Made by a program: the position numbers and the translations under genes. A stretch of DNA of 64,000 nt, from NCBI GenBank assembly GCA_020725425.1, contig DYFA01000045.1, positions 70,924 to 134,923 on the forward strand. Direction: 5' to 3'. The DNA is from Aneurinibacillus sp. (GTDB lineage Bacteria > Bacillota > UBA5301 > DYFA01). The notes beneath the pieces were generated by a model. It made no database searches. It was not told the DNA's origin and was given only the letters and a program-made list of their open reading frames with translations. Below, in pieces: positions 27,790 through 37,118 of this stretch; within the stretch, counting starts at the first letter, position 1, and every line of letters begins with the position of its first letter.

Positions 27790-28646
27790 TGTTCCCTGGC
27801 GGCCGCGCGCCCCGCTGCTCCCACAAGGACGATCTTCTCGAAGACCGTCTCTTCCACCGCCTGCCGCCCGGCTCCCAGGTACTTCCGGGGGTCGAACTCC
27901 TCCGGATGCGCCGTGAGGAAGGCCCGGATGGCCGCAGTGAAGGGGATTTTCAATTCGGTGGAAAGGTTGACCTTCCGTATTCCCAGCTCCACGGCCCGTC
28001 GGACGCTCCCCTCGGGCACTCCCGAGGCCCCATGCATCACGAGCGGCACCGCCACCCGCTCCCGAATGGCGGCAAGGCGTTCGAAGTCCAACTTCGGCTC
28101 GCCCTGGTACACCCCATGGGCGGTCCCGATCGCCACCGCCAGGGCGTCCACCCCTGTCTCTTCGACAAACCTGGCCGCTTCGTGGGGATCGGTAAAGCCG
28201 CCCTCCCCGGAGAGGTCGTCCTCCATGCCGCCGATACGACCGAGTTCGGCCTCGACCGAGACCCCGGCGCCGTGGGCGACCTCGACCACTTTTCGGACCA
28301 GAGCGGCGTTCTCAGCGTAGGGGAGGCGGGAGCCGTCGATCATCACCGAGGTGAAACCGTGGCGGAGGCACTGCACGACCACCTCGAAGCTGGTACCGTG
28401 ATCGAGGTGGATGGCTGCCGGAACCCGGAGATCCTCCGCCAGAGTCCGCAGCAGCGCGGCCAGCGGCCTGATCCCGGCGTACTTGATGGTCCCCTGGTTC
28501 ACCTGAAAGATCACCGGGGCTTGGGCGCGTTCAGCCGCCGCGGCGACGGCCTGGGCGATCTCCATCCCGTGGACGTTGAAGGCGCCTACGGCATATCCTC
28601 CGGCCCGGGCGTCCGCCAGAAGCTCCTTAAGCGTCACAAGACTCAT
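27780..28646 (-). CDS. Class II tagatose-/fructose-1,6-bisphosphate aldolase (GatY/KbaY/FbaA family)
   Basis: 'GGYAVGAFNVHGMEI...PVIFQVNQGTIKY...AAIHLDHG...'. Confidence 0.8.
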   Translation of the reverse strand: MSLVTLKELLADARAGGYAVGAFNVHGMEIAQAVAAAAERAQAPVIFQVNQGTIKYAGIRPLAALLRTLAEDLRVPAAIHLDHGTSFEVVVQCLRHGFTSVMIDGSRLPYAENAALVRKVVEVAHGAGVSVEAELGRIGGMEDDLSGEGGFTDPHEAARFVEETGVDALAVAIGTAHGVYQGEPKLDFERLAAIRERVAVPLVMHGASGVPEGSVRRAVELGIRKVNLSTELKIPFTAAIRAFLTAHPEEFDPRKYLGAGRQAVEETVFEKIVLVGAAGRAAAREQCT

Positions 28647-29593
28647 GCCTTGTCACCTTCCCGTTCGCCGGACTCCAGGAACCGGCGCACCTCAGCCAGA
28701 TTCCGGAAGCCCCCCGTTCCTCCGGCCCTGGAGGCAGCCAGCGCCCCGCAGGCGTTACCCCAGACGAGGGCCTCCGGGACGTCGAAACCGTTGAGGTGGG
28801 CGTAGATGAAGCCGGCGTTGAAGGAGTCGCCAGCCCCAGTGGTATCCACCGCCTGGATACGGAATCCCGGTTGGCGGTAGAGCTTTCCTCCGACTCGGGC
28901 CACCGACCCCCGGGCACCCAGCTTGACGGCGACCACCGGCACGTCCCGGGCCACCCGGTCCAAGGCTTCCTCCACTGTCCCTGCGCCGGCGAGCTTCATG
29001 ACCTCCCGCTCGTTGGGCAGGAACACGTCAACCGACCGCCAGACCTCTTCGATCTCGCGGCCCCACCGGTCCCGCGGGTCCCACCCCGTGTCCAGAGAGG
29101 TGGAGAGCCCGAGGTTCTTCGCCCGGCGGTAGACTTCCGGAAGATCCGGCCGGAGACCGTCTTGGAGGTAATAGGCCGAGGTGTGGAAGTGCCGCGCTTG
29201 GCGGAGGTAATTCCAGTCGAGGTCCTCCGCCGTAAAGCAGGCCATGCTCCCCTGGTAGGTCACAAGCAGCCGGTCCTCCGGATAGGACAGGGAGATGGTC
29301 ACGCCGGTCGAGATCTGGGGGTCGACGATGACCCGGGAAGTGTCGATGCCTTCCCGGTGCAGGAAGTCGACACAGTAGCGGCCGAACTGGTCGTCGCCGA
29401 CCTTGCCGGTCAACCCGACGCGCAGCCCGAGCCGGGCGAGGCCCACGGCAAAGATAGCCGACGAGCTGCCCATAGTGAGGGTGAAGCCGGAGGCCAGCTG
29501 TTCGATCCCCAGCACGGGTAGGCCGTCCAAGCCCGTCAGAATCAGGTCCGGGTTCAATTCCCCGGCTACGACTACGTCGAGGCTCATGGGCAC
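28643..29593 (-). CDS. PfkB-family sugar (amino-sugar?) kinase
   Basis: Ribokinase-like fold. 'DTTGAGDSFNAGF' PfkB signature. Confidence 0.75.
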   Translation of the reverse strand: MPMSLDVVVAGELNPDLILTGLDGLPVLGIEQLASGFTLTMGSSSAIFAVGLARLGLRVGLTGKVGDDQFGRYCVDFLHREGIDTSRVIVDPQISTGVTISLSYPEDRLLVTYQGSMACFTAEDLDWNYLRQARHFHTSAYYLQDGLRPDLPEVYRRAKNLGLSTSLDTGWDPRDRWGREIEEVWRSVDVFLPNEREVMKLAGAGTVEEALDRVARDVPVVAVKLGARGSVARVGGKLYRQPGFRIQAVDTTGAGDSFNAGFIYAHLNGFDVPEALVWGNACGALAASRAGGTGGFRNLAEVRRFLESGEREGDKA

Positions 29594-29624
29594 CGCTCCT
29601 TGGTTGGCGGAAGGCAGCGGATGT

Positions 29625-30956
29625 CTACTCCGCCACGCCGCAGAACCGGACGATGAAGGCCGCCAGTTCCCGAACGCCCTGCCGCAGTTCGTCGAGGCTC
29701 ACGAACTCGTCGATCTCATGGGCATTGGCAAGATTCCCCGGCCCATAGATGAGCGAGGGGGTGTCGCCCCAGAGCATCAGGGTCATGGCGTCACAGGCGC
29801 TCTCGAACCCCCGGACCGGCGGCTGCCCCGGGCGGAGGTCGGCCAGGGTATCCCGGAGGACGGTAAAAACCGGATCGGACTCCTCTACAGCCACCGGGAA
29901 GATGGGCCGGAGCGGGGGTGATTCGAGCCTCACCGGGTGATCCTTCAGGAAGGGGTGGCGGGAAGCCCACTCCGCCACGAACTCCTCGAACCTCCTCATC
30001 ACGCCCTCCCGTGACTCGCCCGGCAGCATCTCGACCATGAAGTACATAACAGCCTCGTCAGGCACGGCGAAGAAGTTGGGGTCGCCTGCCTGGATTGACC
30101 AGATGTCGTCGACCAGCGCCGGGACGGCGAAACGGCGAGGGTCGGCGTACAGGGGATGGGAGCGGGTCTCTTCGGTCCGCACCTCCTGAAAGCGGCGGAG
30201 CCCCTCTTTCAGGTAGATGGCGTGGTCGAAGGCGCTGGCCCCGGCCCACCAGAGGCAGTTGTGGGTGGCCTTGCCGGGTACGACCATGCGGTACACGTGG
30301 TTACCCTTCAGGCCCGGGCAGATCTCGAGCTGCGTCGGTTCCACCACCACCGCCCCGTCGGCCCGGTAGCCCCGGGCGCAGCAGGCCAGCGTCCCGTCGT
30401 ACACTCCGGTCTCCTCGCTCACCACGCTTTCCAGAATCAAGTCTCCCGCAAGCTGGACGCCGGCGCGGCGGACAGCTTCCGCCGCCATCACCGCCATGGC
30501 CAGGCCACCCTTCATGTCGCAGGCCCCGCGGCCGTAGAGGCGGCCCTCCTTGACCACACCCTCGAAGGGCGGGTAGGTCCAGCGTTCGGGCTTCCCCGCC
30601 GGGACCACGTCCATGTGGCCGTTGAGGATGAGCGACCGTCCTCCGCCCCGTCCCTTCCGGACCGCCACCACGTTGGGCCGGCCGGTGAAGTCCTGTCCCG
30701 GCCACCATCCGGGATGCTGTTCGATGCCGGGAACGTCGGTGGGGAGGAAGACGTCCACCTTGTCATAGCCTAACTCGCCCAACCGGCCGGCCAGGAAGCG
30801 CTGGGCCTCCCCTTCGTTGCCGGACGGCGGTCGGATTTCGCTCGGCCGGCGGATCAACTCGACCGCCAGCTCCACCACTTCGTCGGACAAGGCTTCCGCT
30901 GCCTGCGCCGCGGCCAGGGCCGCTTTCCGTTCATGCTCGACCGCCACGAGGATCAC
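29625..30956 (-). CDS. M20-family metallo-deacylase (ArgE/DapE-like)
   Basis: 'NGHMDVVPAG', 'GRGACDMKGG', and the dimerisation domain. Confidence 0.8.
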   Translation of the reverse strand: MILVAVEHERKAALAAAQAAEALSDEVVELAVELIRRPSEIRPPSGNEGEAQRFLAGRLGELGYDKVDVFLPTDVPGIEQHPGWWPGQDFTGRPNVVAVRKGRGGGRSLILNGHMDVVPAGKPERWTYPPFEGVVKEGRLYGRGACDMKGGLAMAVMAAEAVRRAGVQLAGDLILESVVSEETGVYDGTLACCARGYRADGAVVVEPTQLEICPGLKGNHVYRMVVPGKATHNCLWWAGASAFDHAIYLKEGLRRFQEVRTEETRSHPLYADPRRFAVPALVDDIWSIQAGDPNFFAVPDEAVMYFMVEMLPGESREGVMRRFEEFVAEWASRHPFLKDHPVRLESPPLRPIFPVAVEESDPVFTVLRDTLADLRPGQPPVRGFESACDAMTLMLWGDTPSLIYGPGNLANAHEIDEFVSLDELRQGVRELAAFIVRFCGVAE

Positions 30957-30971
30957 CTCTATCCGCGAATC

Positions 30972-31955
30972 CTAACCCCGGCGGGCCAACACCGCCAGGA
31001 TGATGATGACGCCCTTGATGACCATCTGCGGATAGGCGGCGATGCCCATCAGGTTCATCATGTTGCCGATAATGCCGATGATGAAGGCCCCGATCAGCGT
31101 GTTGAGAATCGTTCCCCGCCCACCGGCGAAGGAAGCCCCGCCGATGACCACCGCGGCGATGGCGTCAAGCTCCATCCCCTGACCCACCAGGGCCGTCCCC
31201 ACCCGGAGCCGCGCCGCCATCAGGATGCCCACTAGCCCGGACAAGACGCTGGAGAGCATGTACACCGCGAACAGATTCTTCCGGAGCGAGATGCCGACGA
31301 GGCGCGCCGCGTCCCGGTTACCGCCGATGGCGTAGAGTTTCCGGCCGAAGGTCGTGTACTTGAGTACCACGTGCAGGACGACCGCCGCCAGCGCCATGAT
31401 CAACACCGGGACCGGGATCGGCCCCAGGTTACCGGTGAAGCCGTTGATGAAAGCGTTGTTGAAGATGACCCGGACCGAGCCGACCTGGTACATGTAGGCG
31501 GCACCTCGCACGATGGTCATCATCGCCAGGCTGGCGATGAACGGCTCCATCTTCCCGATCGCCACGAGCCCGCCGGAAATGGCGCCCGGGATGAGCATCA
31601 GCGCCAGAACCGCCAGGATAGTCAGGGGGATGGACCAGCCCGCTTCGAGGAAACCGGCGGTGAAGCAGGCGGCCAGGGCCACCACCGAGCCGACCGACAG
31701 GTCGATGCCCCCGGTGAGAATGACGTACAGCATGCCGAAGGAGACGATGGCCACCGCCGAGTTCTGGATGGCGATGTTCATCAGGTTCTCCTGGCTCAGA
31801 AAGCGCGGTGAGAGGATACTCGAGATGAGGACCAACAGCACCAGGCTGATGATCAGGTAGTAGCGGCCCAGCCAGACCCCAAGACTTTCCCTTGGCTGGC
31901 GTTGCGCCTTGAGGGAACCAGTGTTCACAGGCATGTGGCGTCCTCCCAATGACAA
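30972..31955 (-). CDS. Ribose-type sugar ABC transporter permease
   Basis: RbsC/BPD_transp_2 family, about 10 TM segments. Confidence 0.85.
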   Translation of the reverse strand: MSLGGRHMPVNTGSLKAQRQPRESLGVWLGRYYLIISLVLLVLISSILSPRFLSQENLMNIAIQNSAVAIVSFGMLYVILTGGIDLSVGSVVALAACFTAGFLEAGWSIPLTILAVLALMLIPGAISGGLVAIGKMEPFIASLAMMTIVRGAAYMYQVGSVRVIFNNAFINGFTGNLGPIPVPVLIMALAAVVLHVVLKYTTFGRKLYAIGGNRDAARLVGISLRKNLFAVYMLSSVLSGLVGILMAARLRVGTALVGQGMELDAIAAVVIGGASFAGGRGTILNTLIGAFIIGIIGNMMNLMGIAAYPQMVIKGVIIILAVLARRG

Positions 31956-31966
31956 AAGCGTTCTGC

Positions 31967-33454
31967 TCAGCTGACCATCTTGTTCATCAGCGCCGCTTCG
32001 CTGGCCTCTTCCCGGCTGAACTCCCCGTTGATGCGCCCTCGAGCCATGACCAGGATCCGGTCGGAGATGGCGAGGAGCTCGGGCAGTTCGGAGGAGATCA
32101 CGATGGTCGATCCACCCTGCTTCACGTAGTCATCGATCAACCGGTAGATCTCTTCCTTCGATCCCACGTCAACCCCGCGGGTCGGCTCATCGAACACCAG
32201 GATCCGGCAACGGGTGGCGAGCCACCTGGCGAGGACCACCTTCTGCTGGTTGCCGCCGCTGAGGATGGCAACGGGGCTCTCGAGCGACGGCATCTTCACG
32301 CGGACCTGCTGGGCGTAATCGGCCGCCACCTGACGGTCGGCGGAGGTGATCCACCCCAGGCGCGACACCCGCCCGAGGTCGCCCACGGTGATGTTGGCCC
32401 GGACCGGCAACTCCAGGAAGAGCGCCTGCTGCCGCCGGTCTTCCGGCAGGAATCCGATGCCCCGGTGGATAGCCTCCTGAGGTGAACGGACCTGGACCGG
32501 CTGACCGTCCAGGAGAATCCGGCCGGCCTGGCGCGGGTCGATGCCGAAGAGGGCCCGGGCCATCTCGCTCCGGCCGCTGCCCACGAGGCCCGCGATCCCG
32601 AGGATCTCCCCCTCGTGGAGCGCGAACGAGACGCCGGCCACTTTCGGCAGAGCCGTCAGCCCCTCGACCTGGAGGACCAGCCTTGAGGTGCAGTGCCCGC
32701 CCAACTTGAGGTCGCGCACCGGCCGCCCGATCATCAACTGCACGATCTTCTCCGGGCTGAACTCCTCCCGCCTGAGGTGGCCGGAGAGGCGGCCATCCTT
32801 GAGGACGGTGACCCGGTCGCACAGGTCCACGACCTCCCCCAGGCGGTGGGAGACATAGATGATCCCCACGCCCTCCTGCTTCAACTGGCGGATGAGGTCG
32901 TGCAGCCGGGCGATATCGTCGAGGCCCAGGACGGCGGTGGGTTCGTCGAGGATGACTAGTTTCGACCGGATCGACCACGCCCGGGCGATCTCGACCATCT
33001 GTCGCGCCGCCACCCCGAGCTGTTTCACCGGGACAGTCGGATCGATCTCCAGTCCCAACTGGCCCAGGATCTCCCTGGCGGCCTGGTTGAGCTTGCGATA
33101 GCTCACGGTCCCCCGCACGCCGGCGGAAGGGAGGCGTCCCAGGAAGATGTTCTCCGCCACGCTCAACTCCGGAACCAGGCTGAACTCCTGGTAAATGGTG
33201 ACGACCCCCGCTTCCCGGGCCTGGTTGGGACTCCAGCCCTGGACAGCCCGGCCCTCGAAGCGAATCGTCCCGGCATCCGGGGTGTATGCCCCCGAGAGAA
33301 TCTTGATCAACGTCGACTTGCCGGCCCCGTTCTCGCCCACCAGCCCGTGCACCTCTCCGGACTGTACGTCCAGAGAAACGCTGTCTAGCGCCCGAGTACC
33401 CACAAACTGCTTGGTCACACCGTTCACTTCTAGAAGCACGGCCATCAGGTTCAC
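31967..33454 (-). CDS. Sugar ABC transporter ATP-binding protein (tandem NBDs, RbsA-like)
   Basis: Two Walker A sites ('GENGAGKST', 'GLVGSGRSE'), two LSGGQ motifs, and Walker B motifs. Confidence 0.9.
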   Translation of the reverse strand: MNLMAVLLEVNGVTKQFVGTRALDSVSLDVQSGEVHGLVGENGAGKSTLIKILSGAYTPDAGTIRFEGRAVQGWSPNQAREAGVVTIYQEFSLVPELSVAENIFLGRLPSAGVRGTVSYRKLNQAAREILGQLGLEIDPTVPVKQLGVAARQMVEIARAWSIRSKLVILDEPTAVLGLDDIARLHDLIRQLKQEGVGIIYVSHRLGEVVDLCDRVTVLKDGRLSGHLRREEFSPEKIVQLMIGRPVRDLKLGGHCTSRLVLQVEGLTALPKVAGVSFALHEGEILGIAGLVGSGRSEMARALFGIDPRQAGRILLDGQPVQVRSPQEAIHRGIGFLPEDRRQQALFLELPVRANITVGDLGRVSRLGWITSADRQVAADYAQQVRVKMPSLESPVAILSGGNQQKVVLARWLATRCRILVFDEPTRGVDVGSKEEIYRLIDDYVKQGGSTIVISSELPELLAISDRILVMARGRINGEFSREEASEAALMNKMVS

Positions 33455-33523
33455 CTCTGAGTGCAGGGGTGAAGGGGCGATGCGCCGTCAGGCTCAGGCG
33501 GCGCATCGCCCTAGTCTGAGCAA

Positions 33524-34588
33524 TTAGTACTTGGATTTCGGGTTGTAGAAGTCCTTGACGTTCTCGGTGTTGATGCCCACGACCGGGATGTGGAAGATCG
33601 CCGGCACCTCGTATTTCTTCGCCGCGTTGGCCGCCAGGTACACAGCCCACTTGCCCTCTTTCCGCGGATCGACCAGGGCGCTCGAGACCACGCCGCTCTT
33701 CGGATCCTGGATCAGCTGCAGCTCCTCTTTTCGGCCACCGGCGGTGGCGATCATGATCTTGCCCTGTTTGCCGGCGGACTGAATGGCGGAGTAGGCGCCC
33801 ATCAGCATGTTGCCATCCAGCGTAAAGAGAACGTCGAGGTCCGGGTTGACCGTCAGGATGTCTTCCATCTGCTTCAGGGCGGCATCGGCCTGCCAATGTC
33901 CATACCGTGTGGCCACGATGTTAAGGTTCACCTTATTGTACTTCTCCAGGTAATAGGAGACGAACCCGGAGATCATGCCGTTCGACTCATCCTGAGAGTA
34001 GAGTTCCTTCGGGAAGCCCATGAGGAAGGCGGCCTTGATCTCCTTGGGGTTGCCGTGCTTCTTGTCGTACATCTCAGCCAGGTCCCGCCCGGCCACGTAG
34101 CCGAAGGCGTAAGTGTTGTGGCCCACGAAGGACAGCGGCTTGGCCTCCGGCACCATCTGACTGTTCACGTTGATGAGCGGGATCTTGGCGGCGTGGATCT
34201 TCTTCACGGCCGTCATGATGCCCTGTGGATCCACCGGGTTGACGATGATGGCGTCAACCTTCCGCGCGATCAGGTCTTCGATGTCGGAAATCTGCTTCGC
34301 CAGGTTGCCCTGAGCATCCAGCACGATCAACCTGGCCCCCAGGTGCTTGGCCTCTTCTTGGGCCAGCCGGATCAGATTCTCGTACCATCCGCTCCCGGCC
34401 ACCGCCCGCTGCGAGAAGCCGATCGTGATCCCTTTGAAGGAGTCCTTCTGCCCGATGACCGACTCGGAGCTCGCCTTCAGCATCTCGTCGGTAATCGTGG
34501 CGTCCTTCGCCAAAGCAGCAACGCAGGCGGCCATGACCACGACCGTAACCATGGCCAGCGTCAGCAGTGCCATCAGAACCTTCTTCAT
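33524..34588 (-). CDS. Sugar ABC transporter periplasmic-binding protein (RbsB/PBP1 family), secreted
   Basis: Signal peptide 'MKKVLMALLTLAMVTVVVMAAC' followed by a PBP type 1 fold. Confidence 0.8.
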   Translation of the reverse strand: MKKVLMALLTLAMVTVVVMAACVAALAKDATITDEMLKASSESVIGQKDSFKGITIGFSQRAVAGSGWYENLIRLAQEEAKHLGARLIVLDAQGNLAKQISDIEDLIARKVDAIIVNPVDPQGIMTAVKKIHAAKIPLINVNSQMVPEAKPLSFVGHNTYAFGYVAGRDLAEMYDKKHGNPKEIKAAFLMGFPKELYSQDESNGMISGFVSYYLEKYNKVNLNIVATRYGHWQADAALKQMEDILTVNPDLDVLFTLDGNMLMGAYSAIQSAGKQGKIMIATAGGRKEELQLIQDPKSGVVSSALVDPRKEGKWAVYLAANAAKKYEVPAIFHIPVVGINTENVKDFYNPKSKY

Positions 34589-34651
34589 CTTCACGCCTCC
34601 CATCTAGGTCGACTCTGTCGCGTGTCCATCCGTAACCGATAACAGATCGAC

Positions 34652-35980
34652 TCACCTGCACAACCCCTGCCTGATCACCCCCAACTCGCGCTTCACCAGT
34701 TCCCTCACGGCGGAGACCGAATCCGGGACCGGATAGCCCTTCTCGTCCAACAGGTTGTTCGCCCGGTCGAAGAGGCCCACGAGCCTCGGGGTGCCGCTCA
34801 CGCCGCGGACGACTGCCACGTGGCTCCGGGTCGTGAACACCTGCGCTCGAAACCCAAAGATCACCGTGTCCCCGCTCTTGACCTGGTCGGGACGTTCCAT
34901 GAGCATCGTCCCGCCGTAGTAATCGGTGGCGTTAAGCGTCCGGCCGAAGAAGGACCCGACGTCCACCGGAAGCCGACGGTCGAAGATGTCCTCAGGGCTT
35001 TGGCCGACGTAGGCGTGGGGCTCCCACCGCCGGGAAAGCCGGAAGGGGGTATCGTCCCCGCGGTTGGCCGGGGTGTCGCAGGCGTAGAAGCCGCCGCCGA
35101 AGCAGTAGGCCTTGTCCTCGAAAGTATGAGACACCTCGTTGACGTAGACCATGGCCGGGCGCTCCGGCAAGTCCTCCAAGAGGTGCCAGGGGGTGGTCCC
35201 CATGACCCCGTGGCCCGGTTCACCGTGCGTGCCGCCGTGCTCGCGGATGACGGGGAGCATCGCGCTGGACGTGGCGCCTGGTGTATTGATCTGAGTTACT
35301 TCGAAACCCCACCGCCGGAGTTGCCCGGCCGCCCGGACCGCTGTCTGGAAGTTGACTGTGGCCGTGCCGCCCTTGGCCGCTTCGGAGACCAGCGTGCCGG
35401 GGAAGGTCACCGTGCCCGCGATCCGGACGCCTTTCATCCGGGAAATCTGCTTCACGGCGTCCTCCAGGTCGGACTCCCAGATACCCCCCTCTTCGTTGGG
35501 GTAGATGATGTCCTGAGGAGCACGCACCCTGAGCAGAATCGGCTGGACCCGCCCCATCCGCTCGGCGGCCTCCGACAGCTCCCGAGCCTTGTCCACGCTG
35601 TAGATCGTCCAGACTTCCGGCTCCATCTCCAGGACGTGGGGCACTTCGCTGTGGGGTATTTGAACCAGATGGCCGACATGCTTGACCGGGACACCGAAGC
35701 GCCACAGATATTTGGCGCACTGGACGTCGACGGCGACGGCGCCAGGCAACCCCGCTCGTACGATGGCCCAGCTGACGAGAGGGTTCCGGTTGAAGTGCTT
35801 GCTCATGAAGTAGTTCTGGATACCCGTCCGCTCCGCGGCCTCCGCGATGGCCCTGGCGTTGGCGATCACCGTGTCCAGGTCGATCACGTAGGTGTTGGCC
35901 GGGATGACCCGTTCCCGGTGGAGTCGGACCGCGGCCCGGATGAGGTCGGGGTTACGACGGCGGGTCAGCTCGAGAAACAT
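34652..35980 (-). CDS. YhfX-like PLP-dependent alanine-racemase-fold protein (putative amino-acid/amino-sugar racemase/epimerase)
   Basis: Ala_racemase_N-like TIM barrel with a C-terminal beta domain. Similar in length and layout to E. coli YhfX. Confidence 0.55.
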   Translation of the reverse strand: MFLELTRRRNPDLIRAAVRLHRERVIPANTYVIDLDTVIANARAIAEAAERTGIQNYFMSKHFNRNPLVSWAIVRAGLPGAVAVDVQCAKYLWRFGVPVKHVGHLVQIPHSEVPHVLEMEPEVWTIYSVDKARELSEAAERMGRVQPILLRVRAPQDIIYPNEEGGIWESDLEDAVKQISRMKGVRIAGTVTFPGTLVSEAAKGGTATVNFQTAVRAAGQLRRWGFEVTQINTPGATSSAMLPVIREHGGTHGEPGHGVMGTTPWHLLEDLPERPAMVYVNEVSHTFEDKAYCFGGGFYACDTPANRGDDTPFRLSRRWEPHAYVGQSPEDIFDRRLPVDVGSFFGRTLNATDYYGGTMLMERPDQVKSGDTVIFGFRAQVFTTRSHVAVVRGVSGTPRLVGLFDRANNLLDEKGYPVPDSVSAVRELVKRELGVIRQGLCR

Positions 35981-36061
35981 GTCGGGGCACCTCCGCTTCC
36001 CGGTATGAGGACAGACCTTTCTCTCCAGATTGTTGCTCGTTTTGAAACATTTTCCCTGCTC

Positions 36062-36117
36062 ATATAATCATAATGCGCCGCACTGATCCGGTATTTGAGC
36101 GTTCATTGTGATTATAT
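36062..36117. promoter_or_regulatory. Inverted repeat ATATAATCA ...38 nt... TGATTATAT in the AT-rich divergent promoter region (candidate DeoR/AgaR operator)
   Basis: The arms at 36062-36070 and 36109-36117 are exact reverse complements. A third TGATTAT copy lies at ~36270. Confidence 0.3.
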
Positions 36118-36164
36118 CTTATCAAGCGCGCTGGCTGGCGTCAACCCGGAGCCATCGAAAACCG

Positions 36165-36186
36165 CGTGAATAATCCGTGAATAATC
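36165..36186. promoter_or_regulatory. Perfect 11-bp tandem direct repeat CGTGAATAATC x2 (candidate DeoR-family operator)
   Basis: Visible directly in the sequence. DeoR-family regulators commonly bind direct repeats. Confidence 0.3.
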
Positions 36187-36335
36187 TGGGAGGAGCCTCA
36201 GGCCTCCGGCTGGGGTGTCTCTGTGGCAACTTTCTGCTCATTTGCGCATAGTAGTTGACCGTTTAGCCATAACTGGTTATGATTATGGCAGGAGGCATTC
36301 CTGGCGGAGCCAGGCGTTATGCCGGGGAGGAAGTT

Positions 36336-37118
36336 ATGGCACAGAACCGACGATGGGCGGAACGGTGGCACAGCATTCTGAGGGAAGTCGAAAAAACCGG
36401 CCTGGTGAACGTGGATGAGTTGGCTCGGACGCTCAACGTCAGTGAGGCCACCGTCCGGCGTGACTTGTACCGCATGGACCGGGAGGGCCTGATCCGCCGG
36501 GTACACGGGGGCGCGGTGATGCGGGATCGCGGGGCAGCCGAACTCCCGCTGATCGAGCGGTCCACTCTGCGCCAGGAAGCAAAACGGGCGATCGGTAAAG
36601 CGGCCGCGGCGCTCGTCAATTCCGGGGAGACCGTGTTTATCGGCAGCGGGACGACCGCGCTGGCAGTCGCTGAGGCGCTGGTCGAGCGAACCGAGCTCAA
36701 GGAGGTGACGATCATCACCAACTCCATCCCGGTAGCCGTGACCGTGACTCGTGCCCCACACCTGGGGCTGATCGTGGTCGGAGGTTTCCTGCGCCGGGAA
36801 GAGCAGTCTTTGATCGGTTTCCTCGCCGAACAGACCTTCCGCGAGTTGCGCGCCGACAAGGTGATCATGGGGGTGGGCGCCATCCATCTCGAGCACGGCC
36901 TCACCAACCGCCACGTGGTGGAGATGCATACGGACCGCACTATCATGGACCTAGCCCCTGAGGTGATCGTCGTCGCCGACCACAGCAAATTCGGGACCGT
37001 GGCCACGGCCCGCCTCGCCGGCCTGGACAAGGTCTCCACGATCGTCACCGACTCGGGCTTGCCTGAAGCTGAAGCAGCCAAGTACGAAGCTCTGGGGATT
37101 CGCGTATTGCGCTCTTGA
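36336..37118 (+). CDS. DeoR-family transcriptional regulator (AgaR-like)
   Basis: N-terminal HTH 'VDELARTLNVSEATVRRDLYRMDREGLIRRVHGGAV' with a DeoR C-terminal sugar-phosphate sensor domain. RBS GGGGAGGAAG precedes the ATG at 36336. Confidence 0.85.
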   Translation: MAQNRRWAERWHSILREVEKTGLVNVDELARTLNVSEATVRRDLYRMDREGLIRRVHGGAVMRDRGAAELPLIERSTLRQEAKRAIGKAAAALVNSGETVFIGSGTTALAVAEALVERTELKEVTIITNSIPVAVTVTRAPHLGLIVVGGFLRREEQSLIGFLAEQTFRELRADKVIMGVGAIHLEHGLTNRHVVEMHTDRTIMDLAPEVIVVADHSKFGTVATARLAGLDKVSTIVTDSGLPEAEAAKYEALGIRVLRS

